Positions 26,000-35,460 of a stretch of DNA of 41,001 bases are shown here, one piece after another. The translations under genes and the position numbers were made by a program. The notes below the pieces were generated by a model. That model saw only the letters and a program-made list of their open reading frames with translations. It had not been told where the DNA came from and did not search any database. Every line of letters begins with the position of its first letter. Position 1 is the stretch's first letter. Origin of the DNA: Patescibacteria group bacterium (lineage in GTDB: Bacteria; Patescibacteriota; JACMRA01); assembly GCA_038256935.1 (NCBI GenBank), contig JBBSJV010000002.1, positions 1 to 41,001 on the forward strand. The letters are read 5' to 3'.

Positions 26000-27298
26000 T
26001 TAACTGCTGGAACTATTTATTTTGACGTTTTTAGGTCTAAAAGTTCTCTTGAAACTAGCGGCTTTTTCTTTATTTTTTTGGCTGTAGCTGGATATATTAA
26101 TTAGGATACCAACTGCTGCTAAATTCATTAAAATTGCTGACCCTCCTTTGGATACAAATGGTAATGGCACGCCTGTTAATGGTAACAAGCTAAGCATTCC
26201 CATGATATTAACAAAGGCTTGAGAGACTATCCAAATAGAGATACCCGTTGCCAAGACTTTGCCTGCCACATCAGGAGCATTGCGAGCAGCCTCCATCCCT
26301 CTCCATAAAAGGACTATATACATCGATAAAAACAATACAGTACCGACAAATCCAACCTCTTCACCAATAACTGCAATAATCGAATCAGTTTCTGTCTCAT
26401 AAAGAGTGCCGGGGGTTTGCTTGCTTATGCTATTTCCATACCCTCTGCCAAACATTCCACCTTGTTCAATTGCCAATTGTACCCCTCTAACCTGTCCGGC
26501 TCTAGCACTTGTTGGGTCCAAAAAAGATGTGACTCTATCTATCCTATAGGCTGCTCCAAGGGTATTTATTAGGCCAAAAACTAAAAAAACCAGAGATGTG
26601 TAAACCAAGATTTTACTTGGCACGTTACCTGACCAAAAACTTGAAAAGACTATTATAAATAATAAAAATACTGCTCCTAGATCAGGTTGTAACATGATTA
26701 GAAAGGCACTCAATAAAAAGGCGTAAAATGGTTTTTTAAGAGACAGCCAAGTGATTTTTTTGCCATCTATTTTTTGCAAATGAGCTGCGATATAAACTAT
26801 CAAGGCCAGCTTTGTAAATTCAGCTGGTTGGAAATTTGGCAGTAGGGGAAACCTTATCCAACTTATAGCCCCGTTAGCGTAGTAGGGGCCTATTGGTAAT
26901 ATACTTGCTTGGGAAACCACGAACCTTTGCGCTGCAAATAAACTTTGTTCAATACCACCCAAACTAAGTAGATTAGCTACAAAGCCAAAAACACCCAAAA
27001 ACCCCAATAAAAGAAAATTTAAAATCAAAAACCAGTGAGCCTTTTTTATAACTTCTTGATAATCAAAGCGGGCAAAGAAATAACAAATCCCACCACCAAT
27101 TCCAGCTCCCAAAAAAAGTTGCTTTAAAAATTCACTACGAAAAACACTAGGTGGTTGAATCGACAAGCTACTAGCTAAAAAAGCTAACCCAATAATGTTT
27201 AATAACACAATGCATCCCACCAGCCACCAATCGTATCCTTGGTTGTTCGAGAAAAATCTATTTTCGTTTCGTTTGCTTTTACTCGTATTTCTTACCAC
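26000..27298 (-). CDS. ftsW: SEDS-family peptidoglycan glycosyltransferase FtsW/RodA
   Basis: About 10 TM helices. QPAEFTKLALIVYIA, ETDSIIAVIGEEVGF, GVPLPFVSKGGSA. Confidence 0.9.
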   Translation of the reverse strand: MVRNTSKSKRNENRFFSNNQGYDWWLVGCIVLLNIIGLAFLASSLSIQPPSVFRSEFLKQLFLGAGIGGGICYFFARFDYQEVIKKAHWFLILNFLLLGFLGVFGFVANLLSLGGIEQSLFAAQRFVVSQASILPIGPYYANGAISWIRFPLLPNFQPAEFTKLALIVYIAAHLQKIDGKKITWLSLKKPFYAFLLSAFLIMLQPDLGAVFLLFIIVFSSFWSGNVPSKILVYTSLVFLVFGLINTLGAAYRIDRVTSFLDPTSARAGQVRGVQLAIEQGGMFGRGYGNSISKQTPGTLYETETDSIIAVIGEEVGFVGTVLFLSMYIVLLWRGMEAARNAPDVAGKVLATGISIWIVSQAFVNIMGMLSLLPLTGVPLPFVSKGGSAILMNLAAVGILINISSYSQKNKEKAASFKRTFRPKNVKINSSSS

Positions 27299-27326
27299 TC
27301 TTATTTATTGGATATTTAAAGGACTA

Positions 27327-27355
27327 TTGTCAAAATCTAATTAAGCTTGGAAAAT
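27327..27355 (+). promoter_or_regulatory. putative promoter of ctp
   Basis: -35 TTGTCA (27327-27332, within ATTGTCAAAAT as at 6650), 17-nt spacer, -10 GAAAAT (27350-27355), then 9 nt to ATG 27365. Confidence 0.35.
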
Positions 27356-27364
27356 ACAGTCAAT

Positions 27365-28522
27365 ATGGAAAAAAATACCAAAACTTTAAAGCTCAATTCG
27401 CCTCTTGTTGGAGTACTGATTGGAGGGCTTTTACTAGCAATTACACTTGTATCAATACTGTTGTTTCAAAGTCAAAATAAACTTCCAATCACTAGCAATA
27501 GCCGTATAGAAAATGAAATTATTAACCTAATTCAATCTGAAAGCATCAATGAGTTACCAGAAACTGAATTGATCAATGAAGGCAGACTAAAAGGTTTAAT
27601 TAGCTCCTTAGAAGACCCCTATAGCTCTTATTTACCAGCTAGAGAAGAACAAGATTTTAACGACTCATTAAATCAGCGTTATCAAGGAGTTGGGATCCGT
27701 TTTGATGAAACTGACGATGGTTTCGTTGTCGATAGGGTTTTTCAAGCAAGTCCTGCTCAAGAAGGTGGGGTTTTAGCTGGAGATATTTTATTAAAAGTAA
27801 ATAATGAGGAAGTTGGAGAGCAAAGCTTGGCAGAAGTTGCTGAAAAAATCAGGGGAGAAGAAAATACTCAAGTCGAGTTAGTCTTCAAAAGACAAGAAAG
27901 TGAGTATACAGCAAATCTAACTAGGCGTAGAATCCAAACTGATCTAGTCTATCTAACTATCAGAGAAAATTTAGCCGTAGTAGAAATCACCTCATTTGGT
28001 AATGATTTGGATGAAAAAATGAATGCCATTGCAACTACCATTAAAAACAATTCTCAAATTCAATACATCGCTTTGGATGTGAGAAGTAACTCTGGAGGTT
28101 TATTAAATGAGTCTGTGGATATCATGTCGTATTTTTTACCAGAAAATAGTATCGTTATCAGAGAAAAGACAAAAGATGGGGAAAAGACTATCTATAGCGA
28201 GTTTAAAGCAAATAATCTGGTAGAATACCCACTTGTAGTTTGGATCGATCAAAATAGTGCATCAGCTAGTGAGATTGTAGCAGGAGCTTTGCGTGATATC
28301 AGAGAGGTAAAAGTAATTGGAGAGACTTCCTTTGGTAAAGGAACAGTCCAGCGAATTTATAGCCTTAGTAACGGTGATAAGGTTAGATTAACAATAGCCG
28401 AGTGGATAACTCCAAACAGAACTGAAATCAACGAAAAAGGAGTTGAACCAGATCTACAGGCTACTACTCAAGAAGAGTATTACGATCAAACTTTACAACA
28501 TTTCTCAACTCAGCAAGTGTAA
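27365..28522 (+). CDS. ctp: carboxy-terminal processing protease (S41) with PDZ domain
   Basis: PDZ region (PAQEGGVLAGDILLKVNNEEV), DVRSNSGGLL, SASASEIVAGALRD, FGKGTVQ. ATG 27365 is preferred over TTG 27347, which would lie inside the putative promoter. Confidence 0.9.
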   Translation: MEKNTKTLKLNSPLVGVLIGGLLLAITLVSILLFQSQNKLPITSNSRIENEIINLIQSESINELPETELINEGRLKGLISSLEDPYSSYLPAREEQDFNDSLNQRYQGVGIRFDETDDGFVVDRVFQASPAQEGGVLAGDILLKVNNEEVGEQSLAEVAEKIRGEENTQVELVFKRQESEYTANLTRRRIQTDLVYLTIRENLAVVEITSFGNDLDEKMNAIATTIKNNSQIQYIALDVRSNSGGLLNESVDIMSYFLPENSIVIREKTKDGEKTIYSEFKANNLVEYPLVVWIDQNSASASEIVAGALRDIREVKVIGETSFGKGTVQRIYSLSNGDKVRLTIAEWITPNRTEINEKGVEPDLQATTQEEYYDQTLQHFSTQQV

Positions 28523-28540
28523 ATTAATCATACAATACTT

Positions 28541-28651
28541 ATGTCTCAACCTGCAATATGGATCAGTATAATTGGCTTTTTAGCCTTCTTTGTCTGTCAT
28601 TTAATTGGGATAGTTTGTTTGCTAATCTACGGAGATAAAAAATTTTATTAA
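28541..28651 (+). CDS. possible 36-aa single-TM micro-protein
   Basis: MSQPAIWISIIGFLAFFVCHLIGIVCLLIYGDKKFY. It exactly fills the gap between ctp and pepF, with its stop 1 nt before the pepF ATG. Too short to appear in the ORF track. Confidence 0.3.
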   Translation: MSQPAIWISIIGFLAFFVCHLIGIVCLLIYGDKKFY

Positions 28652-28652
28652 T

Positions 28653-30443
28653 ATGAGAAAATACACAACTAGCTGGGACTTAGCAAAATATTACTATAGC
28701 AGCTTAGAAGTCCCTCAAATAAAGTTTGATCTAGAAGATTTGAAAACTCAGATCGATAAGTTTATTGCTAAATATCAAAATCAATTAGCCGGTCTTACCC
28801 CCACTAAATGGTTGGAATACTTTGAAAACGAAGCTCAAATTTCTAAACTTGCAGGGAAAATTGAAGAATATTTTTATTTTGCAAGAGATCTGGATAATCA
28901 GAACCAAGATTTGAAAAAAGCTCAGGGAGAGTTAGATCTATCTCTTTCTAAATACAAAGAAAAATTACTATTTATCGATGAAGAGTTTAGACAAATCGGA
29001 AGCCAAAAACTAGAAGAATTGAGTAATCAAGAGGATTTAAAACCATACAAAAACTATTTCCACAAAAAATCTATTTCTATTAAAAACTTGCTCGAGCTAA
29101 GCCAAGAAAATATTATACTCAAAAAGGATGAATCCATCGGAAGTGCTTTAAATAATATTTATGATGAGCTCCTTGCTAGTCTCAAGTTTAAGATCGAAAT
29201 TGATGGAGAAATAAAAATTGTTAACGAAGAGGTGATTCGCTCCATGAGAATGCATAAAGACAGAGAGGTGCGCAAAAAAGCCTTTCTTTCCATGCAAGAA
29301 ACCTATAGTGATCCCCAGATTCAACTAGTGCTTAGTAATGTTTATAACGGTGTAGTCAAAGATTGGGTATCTGAAAGCAAGCTTCGCTCCTACGAGACAG
29401 TAATGACCCCAAGAAATCAAAGTGAACAATTAGAAGATGAATTAGTTGATACCTTGCTGCAGACAATCACAGATAGTTTTAGTTTAGTAACCAGATTTTA
29501 TAAAGCCAAAGCCAAACATCTTGGACTTGATAAATTGCAAATGTGGGATACCTTAGCTCCACTTGAAGGCGGCGGGTCTAAATACGAATACAGTGAAGGG
29601 ATGGATTTGTTTTTGCAGTGTATGAGTCAGTTTGATACTGAGTTCTATGAGATTGCCAAAAATATTTTGACTACAGGCCTGATCGATGTCTATCCAAGCG
29701 AAGTAAAGACAGGCGGAGCGTATTGTAGCTACGATAAGTTTAGCCCTAGTTTTATACTGACAAACTATACAAATGACTCCAATAGTATTACCACAATTGC
29801 TCATGAGATGGGTCATGCTATACACGCCACCTTATCCAAGGTTCAGCCTTATCACACTTATTGGTGCGGACTAGCTTTGGGTGAAACTGCCTCAGTTTTC
29901 AATGAAACTATGTGGGGGCAGTATTATTTAAGTAATGTTGCAAAGACCAAACAAGAAAAAACTGCCTATTTGGATCATTTTCTCAGTGATCAATTTGCCA
30001 CCATCTTTTTACAAGTTCTGTATACCAATTTTGAACGCACCTTGCATACTAAGATAGATCAAGGCACAGAATTTAGTAGTGATGAAGCTAATCAACTATG
30101 GAAAAGTTTAGGGCAGGGGTACTATGGAGAGAGTGTTGCAATGACAGATGATTATAAGGGAGGGAACTGGCTTGGGATTTCTCACTTTTTCCACTCACCA
30201 TTTTATTGCTATACCTATAGTTTTGCCAATTTAGTAAGCCTATCCCTTTATAAGCAGTACCAAACTGAAGGATCAGAGTTTATTATCCGTTATAAGGAAT
30301 TACTGAAAGCAGGGGGATCATCTACGCCAAAAGAGCTACTTCTTTCTCAAGGAATAGATATTACTTCGCCGCAGTTTTACCAGCAAGGTTTACAAATCCT
30401 GCAAGACATGCTAGTAGAATATGAAAACTTAATCAACACATAA
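28653..30443 (+). CDS. pepF: oligoendopeptidase F (M3B)
   Basis: HEMGH zinc motif (IAHEMGHAIH), downstream GETASVFNE, and overall length and layout typical of PepF. Confidence 0.9.
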   Translation: MRKYTTSWDLAKYYYSSLEVPQIKFDLEDLKTQIDKFIAKYQNQLAGLTPTKWLEYFENEAQISKLAGKIEEYFYFARDLDNQNQDLKKAQGELDLSLSKYKEKLLFIDEEFRQIGSQKLEELSNQEDLKPYKNYFHKKSISIKNLLELSQENIILKKDESIGSALNNIYDELLASLKFKIEIDGEIKIVNEEVIRSMRMHKDREVRKKAFLSMQETYSDPQIQLVLSNVYNGVVKDWVSESKLRSYETVMTPRNQSEQLEDELVDTLLQTITDSFSLVTRFYKAKAKHLGLDKLQMWDTLAPLEGGGSKYEYSEGMDLFLQCMSQFDTEFYEIAKNILTTGLIDVYPSEVKTGGAYCSYDKFSPSFILTNYTNDSNSITTIAHEMGHAIHATLSKVQPYHTYWCGLALGETASVFNETMWGQYYLSNVAKTKQEKTAYLDHFLSDQFATIFLQVLYTNFERTLHTKIDQGTEFSSDEANQLWKSLGQGYYGESVAMTDDYKGGNWLGISHFFHSPFYCYTYSFANLVSLSLYKQYQTEGSEFIIRYKELLKAGGSSTPKELLLSQGIDITSPQFYQQGLQILQDMLVEYENLINT

Positions 30444-30444
30444 T

Positions 30445-31503
30445 ATGGATTTTTCTATCATCAATGAGATAATTTTGGCAATAATTTTGGGTATAGTGCA
30501 GGGAATTACCGAGTTTTTCCCGATCTCAAGCACTGCTCATATTTTCTTGGTTTCTGAATTTTTAACTAATGGGCGCGATATAGGTATTCAAGCCACAAAC
30601 GTTTTGCAACTTGGAACTGTTATTGCAGTTATTTTTTATTTTTGGGATGATATCAAAGTTTATTGGATTAGATTTTTGCAAATTATATCAAACGCGCAGC
30701 AGCGAGGCGGTTTTTTTTCAAATATTATTACTTGGTGGAACTACCCAGCTCCTGAAATGGCGGCTCAAAACAAAGAGCTCGATGATGAGCTAAAAACTAT
30801 AGAATCTGATCCACAGTTTAGAGTAGATATAGAGCTTGCTCAAATCATTTTAGCCACAGTTCCGATTGTTTTATTTGGACTGTTTTTAACAGGTATTGCC
30901 GATCAAAACCGCAATATTTCTTCTATTGCTACCTTTATGATAGTCGGATCACTACTAATGGGAGTTGCTGAAATTGCCAATAGACAAGCCCAAAAATTTG
31001 CTAGATCTAGAATCATATCCAAAGAAGAAACTATCCTTGTTGGTCTCTTTCAAGTCCTAGCCATTTTACCTGGTATGTCTAGAAGTGGATCTACAATTAG
31101 TGGGGCTTTATTTACAGGAAGAGAGAGAAGCCAAGCGGTGAGATTTTCGTTTTTAATCAGTATTCCTGCCCTTCTAATTGCTGGTCTTGTAGGAGTTATT
31201 CGCCTCATTAATGATGTCTTACAAACTGGACTTTCAAGTTTGATCCCAAGCTCAGCCGGTTGGAGCGAGACTGAAATAACCTTGTCACTTTTATCCAATT
31301 TGATTGGTTTTATAACTAGCTTCGTCTTTGGCTACTTAGCCCTTAGATGGCTGATTGCTTATCTTAGCCGCAACTCCTTTACTGTCTTTATCGTCTATAG
31401 GGTCTTACTTGCAGGTCTTCTTTTTGCTATAATATTTTTCCCAAATGAGCTAGCAATGGTAGTAAATCCAGACACTTACTCAAACCTATTTAGTGGTTTA
31501 TAA
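30445..31503 (+). CDS. uppP: undecaprenyl-diphosphate phosphatase (UppP/BacA) with an internal insertion
   Basis: GIVQGITEFFPISSTAHI and PGMSRSGSTISGAL motifs. At 352 aa it is longer than typical UppP. Confidence 0.9.
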   Translation: MDFSIINEIILAIILGIVQGITEFFPISSTAHIFLVSEFLTNGRDIGIQATNVLQLGTVIAVIFYFWDDIKVYWIRFLQIISNAQQRGGFFSNIITWWNYPAPEMAAQNKELDDELKTIESDPQFRVDIELAQIILATVPIVLFGLFLTGIADQNRNISSIATFMIVGSLLMGVAEIANRQAQKFARSRIISKEETILVGLFQVLAILPGMSRSGSTISGALFTGRERSQAVRFSFLISIPALLIAGLVGVIRLINDVLQTGLSSLIPSSAGWSETEITLSLLSNLIGFITSFVFGYLALRWLIAYLSRNSFTVFIVYRVLLAGLLFAIIFFPNELAMVVNPDTYSNLFSGL

Positions 31504-31513
31504 ACTAATTAAT

Positions 31514-32947
31514 ATGAAACAATTTTACCAGCTTATAAAGTCCATTTTAGTGCCAGATCTTACCAAAAAAATACGTCCGATTGGCCATGGTATCAAAGCT
31601 TATCTAGTCTCAGCTTTTTATTTGTTTCCAAGCAGAAAACTTACCCTTATCGGTATTAACGGGACAAAGGGTAAAACCACAACCACAATCTTTACAGCCA
31701 AAATTCTAAACTACTTAGGTTATAAAACAGGCTATATTTCTACAGCTTTGATTTTTGATGGGGTAGATCAGTACCTCAATCCTTACAAAATGGGGACAAT
31801 TGACTCAGTCTACATGCAAAGAATATTGAAGCAAATGGTAAAAAACAATTGCACTACTGTGGTTTTGGAGATGACCAGTGAAGGACTTGCTCAACACAGA
31901 CACTGGGGGTTGAAAAAATTCGACATAAGTAGTTTTTTAAATGCTTACCCAGAACATCTTGAAGCCCATGGAGGCTGGGAAAACTACCTCAGCTGTAAAG
32001 CTAAATTATTACAAAATACCAATCCAACAGGGTATTATTTATCCAATACTGATCAGGATCAAATCGAAGCAAGAGACTATATTTTTAATAAGCTAGATAA
32101 AGAAAGCCAAAAGACTCTCAAAAAAATCACTATAACGCCTGCTAAAGATCTCAAATTTAAATCTAGTACAGCCAAAAGCAATTTGGGACTAACTGCAACT
32201 ACGATCAGAGGCCAGCTAAAGACTCATTTGATCTCCAAAGTCGAAGTCATAGATCTTTGGTTTGCTCTCAATATTGCAAGTACTATAGAACCTACAGTCT
32301 GGGATAGCTTGGATCAGATTTGTGACAACATATTAGGTATTCCAGGTCGAATGGAGTGGGTCTATAGAAATGGTGATATTCAAGACATTGTGGTTAGCAG
32401 TAGTAATTTAAAACAGCTAGTTAGTCTTAAAAGTTTAGAAACCAAACAAGAGTGGAAATCCAGTGTTGACCTACTTGTTGACTATGCTCATGAGCCACAA
32501 AGTATGGAAAGTTTGATGACAACCTTAGCTAATTGGAGAGATCGAGGAAGTTATGCACAAGTTATCCACATTTTATCCAACGATGGTGCTGGAAGAGACG
32601 ATTGGAAAAAGCCAATAATGGGAGATCTAAGCTATCAATACGCTAATTTTACAGTCATTACCACAGATAATTTTAATGAAGATGATGACCCTCAAGAGAT
32701 CTTAAACTTGCAGTCAGCTAACTACCCCGGTGATACAGAGGGGAGTAAATATATTTTAGAAGTAGATCGAAAACAAGCTTTTAAAAAAGCCCTACTTGTT
32801 GCCAAAGAATACGTCCAAAGTTTTCCAGAACAAAAAGTCCTAATTGTCTCTACAGGAGTAGGTACAGAGCAGGGGCTAACCCAACCAAATAAAATCATGG
32901 ACTGGGATGAGAGGTTGGAGTGGGTAGATAGTATTATGAGCCTTTAA
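31514..32947 (+). CDS. murE: Mur ligase family protein, MurE-like
   Basis: P-loop GINGTKGKTTTT and VDYAHEPQSM (compare MurE DYAHTPDAL). ATG 31514 is used rather than GTG 31493, which overlaps uppP. Confidence 0.72.
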   Translation: MKQFYQLIKSILVPDLTKKIRPIGHGIKAYLVSAFYLFPSRKLTLIGINGTKGKTTTTIFTAKILNYLGYKTGYISTALIFDGVDQYLNPYKMGTIDSVYMQRILKQMVKNNCTTVVLEMTSEGLAQHRHWGLKKFDISSFLNAYPEHLEAHGGWENYLSCKAKLLQNTNPTGYYLSNTDQDQIEARDYIFNKLDKESQKTLKKITITPAKDLKFKSSTAKSNLGLTATTIRGQLKTHLISKVEVIDLWFALNIASTIEPTVWDSLDQICDNILGIPGRMEWVYRNGDIQDIVVSSSNLKQLVSLKSLETKQEWKSSVDLLVDYAHEPQSMESLMTTLANWRDRGSYAQVIHILSNDGAGRDDWKKPIMGDLSYQYANFTVITTDNFNEDDDPQEILNLQSANYPGDTEGSKYILEVDRKQAFKKALLVAKEYVQSFPEQKVLIVSTGVGTEQGLTQPNKIMDWDERLEWVDSIMSL

Positions 32948-33040
32948 AATCCTTAAAGTTTTGAAATTCCCCTCTTGAGGGGTGGCACCAAAGGTGGCGG
33001 GGTGGATCATACTCACAGTAATGATATGATTTACCCCAAG

Positions 33041-33394
33041 TCAAGCCGGTAAAATACAATTAAAAATCACCTGAAGCATGTTGAGGTCATGAAACCATTC
33101 TTGATAATCTGTATTGCCATCAACGGGTTTCAAATTTATATCACCAGCACTTATTTTGACATAGTCATTCTGCTCGATAATAAGCTGGGAAATAAGAGCA
33201 ACTGTAAAAACTGCAGAAACTTGGAATATGTCTTGCCTATTTGGAGCATGAACTATTTCATGATTAGTTGTGTACAGGAATCCCTCTACGAGAAAACCAT
33301 CACTCTCAGGATCAGGTGCCATAGTATCAACATTAAATACAGTTGTAATCTCAGTCATACAATAAAAATAACCATAAAGCTTATTTAATAGCAA
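33041..33394 (-). CDS. hypothetical protein
   Basis: 117-aa ORF with a possible internal start at MTEITTVF. No motif recognised. A 99-aa ORF on the opposite strand is judged spurious. Confidence 0.45.
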   Translation of the reverse strand: MLLNKLYGYFYCMTEITTVFNVDTMAPDPESDGFLVEGFLYTTNHEIVHAPNRQDIFQVSAVFTVALISQLIIEQNDYVKISAGDINLKPVDGNTDYQEWFHDLNMLQVIFNCILPA

Positions 33395-33554
33395 TTAGCA
33401 ATAACCTTGTTTAAGATTAATCAAAATTGTTTACATGCTTATTCTAGCCAGAATAAAAGACTTAGTTTGTGATGATTAAATGTGAATAATAGTTTCAAAT
33501 TTATTAAAACGAAATGAAACCAGCTCACATTTAAGATAGTGCCATCTAATGACC

Positions 33555-33583
33555 TTGAACAACTTGTAAATATGAGCTAAACT
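33555..33583 (+). promoter_or_regulatory. putative promoter of the DUF389-like gene
   Basis: TTGAAC, 17-nt spacer, TAAACT, then about 18 nt to ATG 33602. Confidence 0.35.
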
Positions 33584-33601
33584 AAAGCAAACACAAACAA
33601 A

Positions 33602-34897
33602 ATGAAGATTCCTAAGCTTTCCAAAATAGTTACAAATGACTTTACTCGCGTCTCAAGGACAGACCTTGCTGAAAGTATTAGTCAAAATGGGGAGCTAACA
33701 TTGAGTTATCTTTTATTACTTGCTGGAGCCAGCGTGGTTACAACTTTGGGGCTACTGATCAATAACCCCGCAGTAGTCATTGGCGGGATGATTATTTCCC
33801 CCCTTGTTTGGCCACTTATGAAAGTCTCAATGGGGATTATTTTTGAGAAAAGAGATTATATCAAAGAGGCTATTCAAATCTTACTTGCAAGTATATTTAT
33901 AAGTCTTTGTGCAAGTATGCTAATTACCTTTATTTCGCCTATAAAAGGTCTTAACACAGAAATCATCGCTCGCACCAACCCAACCCTGATTGATCTAATT
34001 ATTGCCCTTGTTTCAGGTGCTGTAGCTGGACTTTCACTAATGATTCCAAAGATTTCTCAGTCCCTAGCCGGAGTTGCTATTGCAACGTCTTTGATGCCCC
34101 CATTGTGTGTGACTGGGATTGGGTTAGTACTAGGACTTCCAAACGTCTCTTTTACAAGCTTTACTTTGTTTATTGCAAATGCATTAGCTATTATTTTTGT
34201 TTGTAGTTTAGTTTTCAATTTTGGTTCCAAATTCCACTCCCATGATCAGGCTCACCTGCGCCGAAAAGCCATATTGATTTTATCAAGTCTAATCGTCATT
34301 ATCAGCATACCATTGTTTATCTTTTTACAAAGTTTTACTTTCAAAACTACAGCTGTAATACAAGCTCAAAACATTTTAAATCAAAACCTCAAGATTTTAT
34401 CACCTGAAATCATTGTCCAAGATGTGCGTACAGATGTTATTAGAAGGGGTAGTGGAGAGATTGTTTCAGTCTCAGCAGAAGTTATGATACCTGATGATGT
34501 TACAATTGATTATCTACAAAAGCAAAACATAATTTTAGAGCTTGAAAAAGTCTTAGAAAAAAAAGTAGATCTTAATCTAATATTATCTAGAACAATTTCT
34601 ATTGCCACAGAAGATGATTTGAGCCTGGAGCAGCAAAGACAGGAGCTGATAGCCGTGCTTACACTGAGGCTACCTAGAATGGCAGATAATACTGCAATTG
34701 AAACCTTTAGAGTAAGCAAACAAACAAATGCTGAGAATGTTGATTCTTGGAAAATAGATTGTGTTATCAGCACTACTGATAGTTCAGAAATTACCAGTGA
34801 TAAAAGACAGGTGCTTATCAAATACATGAAAGAAAAAACAGATTTGGAGATCGAATTTTCACTGAGGGTCCTACCACAGATAGAAATTACGGATTAG
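33602..34897 (+). CDS. DUF389/TIGR00341-like hydrophobic-domain membrane protein
   Basis: N-terminal polytopic region with GGMIISPLVWPL and ATSLMPPLCVTGIG, typical of DUF389. Soluble C-terminal extension. Confidence 0.6.
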   Translation: MKIPKLSKIVTNDFTRVSRTDLAESISQNGELTLSYLLLLAGASVVTTLGLLINNPAVVIGGMIISPLVWPLMKVSMGIIFEKRDYIKEAIQILLASIFISLCASMLITFISPIKGLNTEIIARTNPTLIDLIIALVSGAVAGLSLMIPKISQSLAGVAIATSLMPPLCVTGIGLVLGLPNVSFTSFTLFIANALAIIFVCSLVFNFGSKFHSHDQAHLRRKAILILSSLIVIISIPLFIFLQSFTFKTTAVIQAQNILNQNLKILSPEIIVQDVRTDVIRRGSGEIVSVSAEVMIPDDVTIDYLQKQNIILELEKVLEKKVDLNLILSRTISIATEDDLSLEQQRQELIAVLTLRLPRMADNTAIETFRVSKQTNAENVDSWKIDCVISTTDSSEITSDKRQVLIKYMKEKTDLEIEFSLRVLPQIEITD

Positions 34898-34951
34898 CTG
34901 TAAAAGGATTGGCAGCAATGTAAGTAAATAATTTTAATCATAAAATCTACA

Positions 34952-34982
34952 TGTCACCCTGAATTTATTTCAGGGTCTTTTT
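34952..34982 (+). terminator. rho-independent terminator, identical hairpin to 13763
   Basis: TGTCACCCTGAATTTATTTCAGGGTC plus TTTTT, 55 nt after the stop of the preceding gene. Confidence 0.7.
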
Positions 34983-35001
34983 AATCACGAAATAAGTTTG
35001 A

Positions 35002-35027
35002 GATTCTGAAACGAGTTCAGAATGACA
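35002..35027 (-). repeat. hairpin-family unit in inverted orientation
   Basis: The reverse complement reads TGTCA-TT-CTGAA-CTCGT-TTCAG-AA-TC, with a perfect 8-bp stem ATTCTGAA/TTCAGAAT. Confidence 0.7.
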
Positions 35028-35037
35028 GATTAAAATT

Positions 35038-35070
35038 TTCAGGGAAACACGGTTGTATTCCTTGGTGACA
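35038..35070 (-). repeat. degenerate hairpin-family unit
   Basis: CAGGGAA-N11-TTCCTTG followed by GTGACA. Resembles the family in minus orientation but has a longer loop. Confidence 0.35.
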
Positions 35071-35071
35071 T

Positions 35072-35115
35072 GTGGATTTTAGGATTGAAATAAGTGGATT
35101 TTGTTATTGAAATTA
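35072..35115 (+). repeat. two tandem 22-nt direct repeats
   Basis: GTGGATTTTAGGATTGAAATAA followed by GTGGATTTTGTTATTGAAATTA, leading into an extremely AT-rich stretch of about 250 nt. Confidence 0.7.
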
Positions 35116-35337
35116 TTAAAATCCTAAAGAGTGATAAATGATATTATTATAATAATTATTGTCATAAAGTAAAGATGATTCGATAGTTATATATTATATC
35201 AAATAAATAATCGATTACTTAACTATAGCTTTTACAAATATTTCAATATTTTCAAATTACATTTTTTATTTCAGTCCTAGATCAGATCTGTAAAGAATTA
35301 GAGAATATGAATATATACTTTTACTTACAAAAGTAAC

Positions 35338-35365
35338 TTGCCAAAAATTGTTTCTTAGCTATCAA
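35338..35365 (+). promoter_or_regulatory. putative promoter of tRNA-Glu
   Basis: TTGCCA, 16-nt spacer, TATCAA, ending 10 nt before the mature tRNA 5' end. Confidence 0.4.
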
Positions 35366-35375
35366 TGTAGCTTAC

Positions 35376-35450
35376 GGCGCTATCGTCTAGTGGTTAGGAC
35401 ACAAGATTCTCATTCTTGCAACCGGAGTTCGATTCTCCGTAGCGCTACCA
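35376..35450 (+). tRNA. tRNA-Glu: tRNA-Glu (anticodon CTC), CCA end encoded
   Basis: GGCGCTA acceptor, D-arm GTCT-AGTGGTTA-GGAC, anticodon loop TTCTCAT, T-arm CGGAG-TTCGATT-CTCCG, then A plus CCA. Confidence 0.9.
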
Positions 35451-35460
35451 ATTTAAGATT

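Noticed and set aside
32965-33010. GC-rich patch CCCCTCTTGAGGGGTGGCACCAAAGGTGGCGGGGTGG considered as another copy of the C element or a small RNA.
   Set aside because: It shares only short G-rich words (GGCACC, GGGGTGGA) with the element and has none of the three hairpins. It is most simply a short stem-loop (CCCCT-CTTG-AGGGG) in a convergent terminator region.
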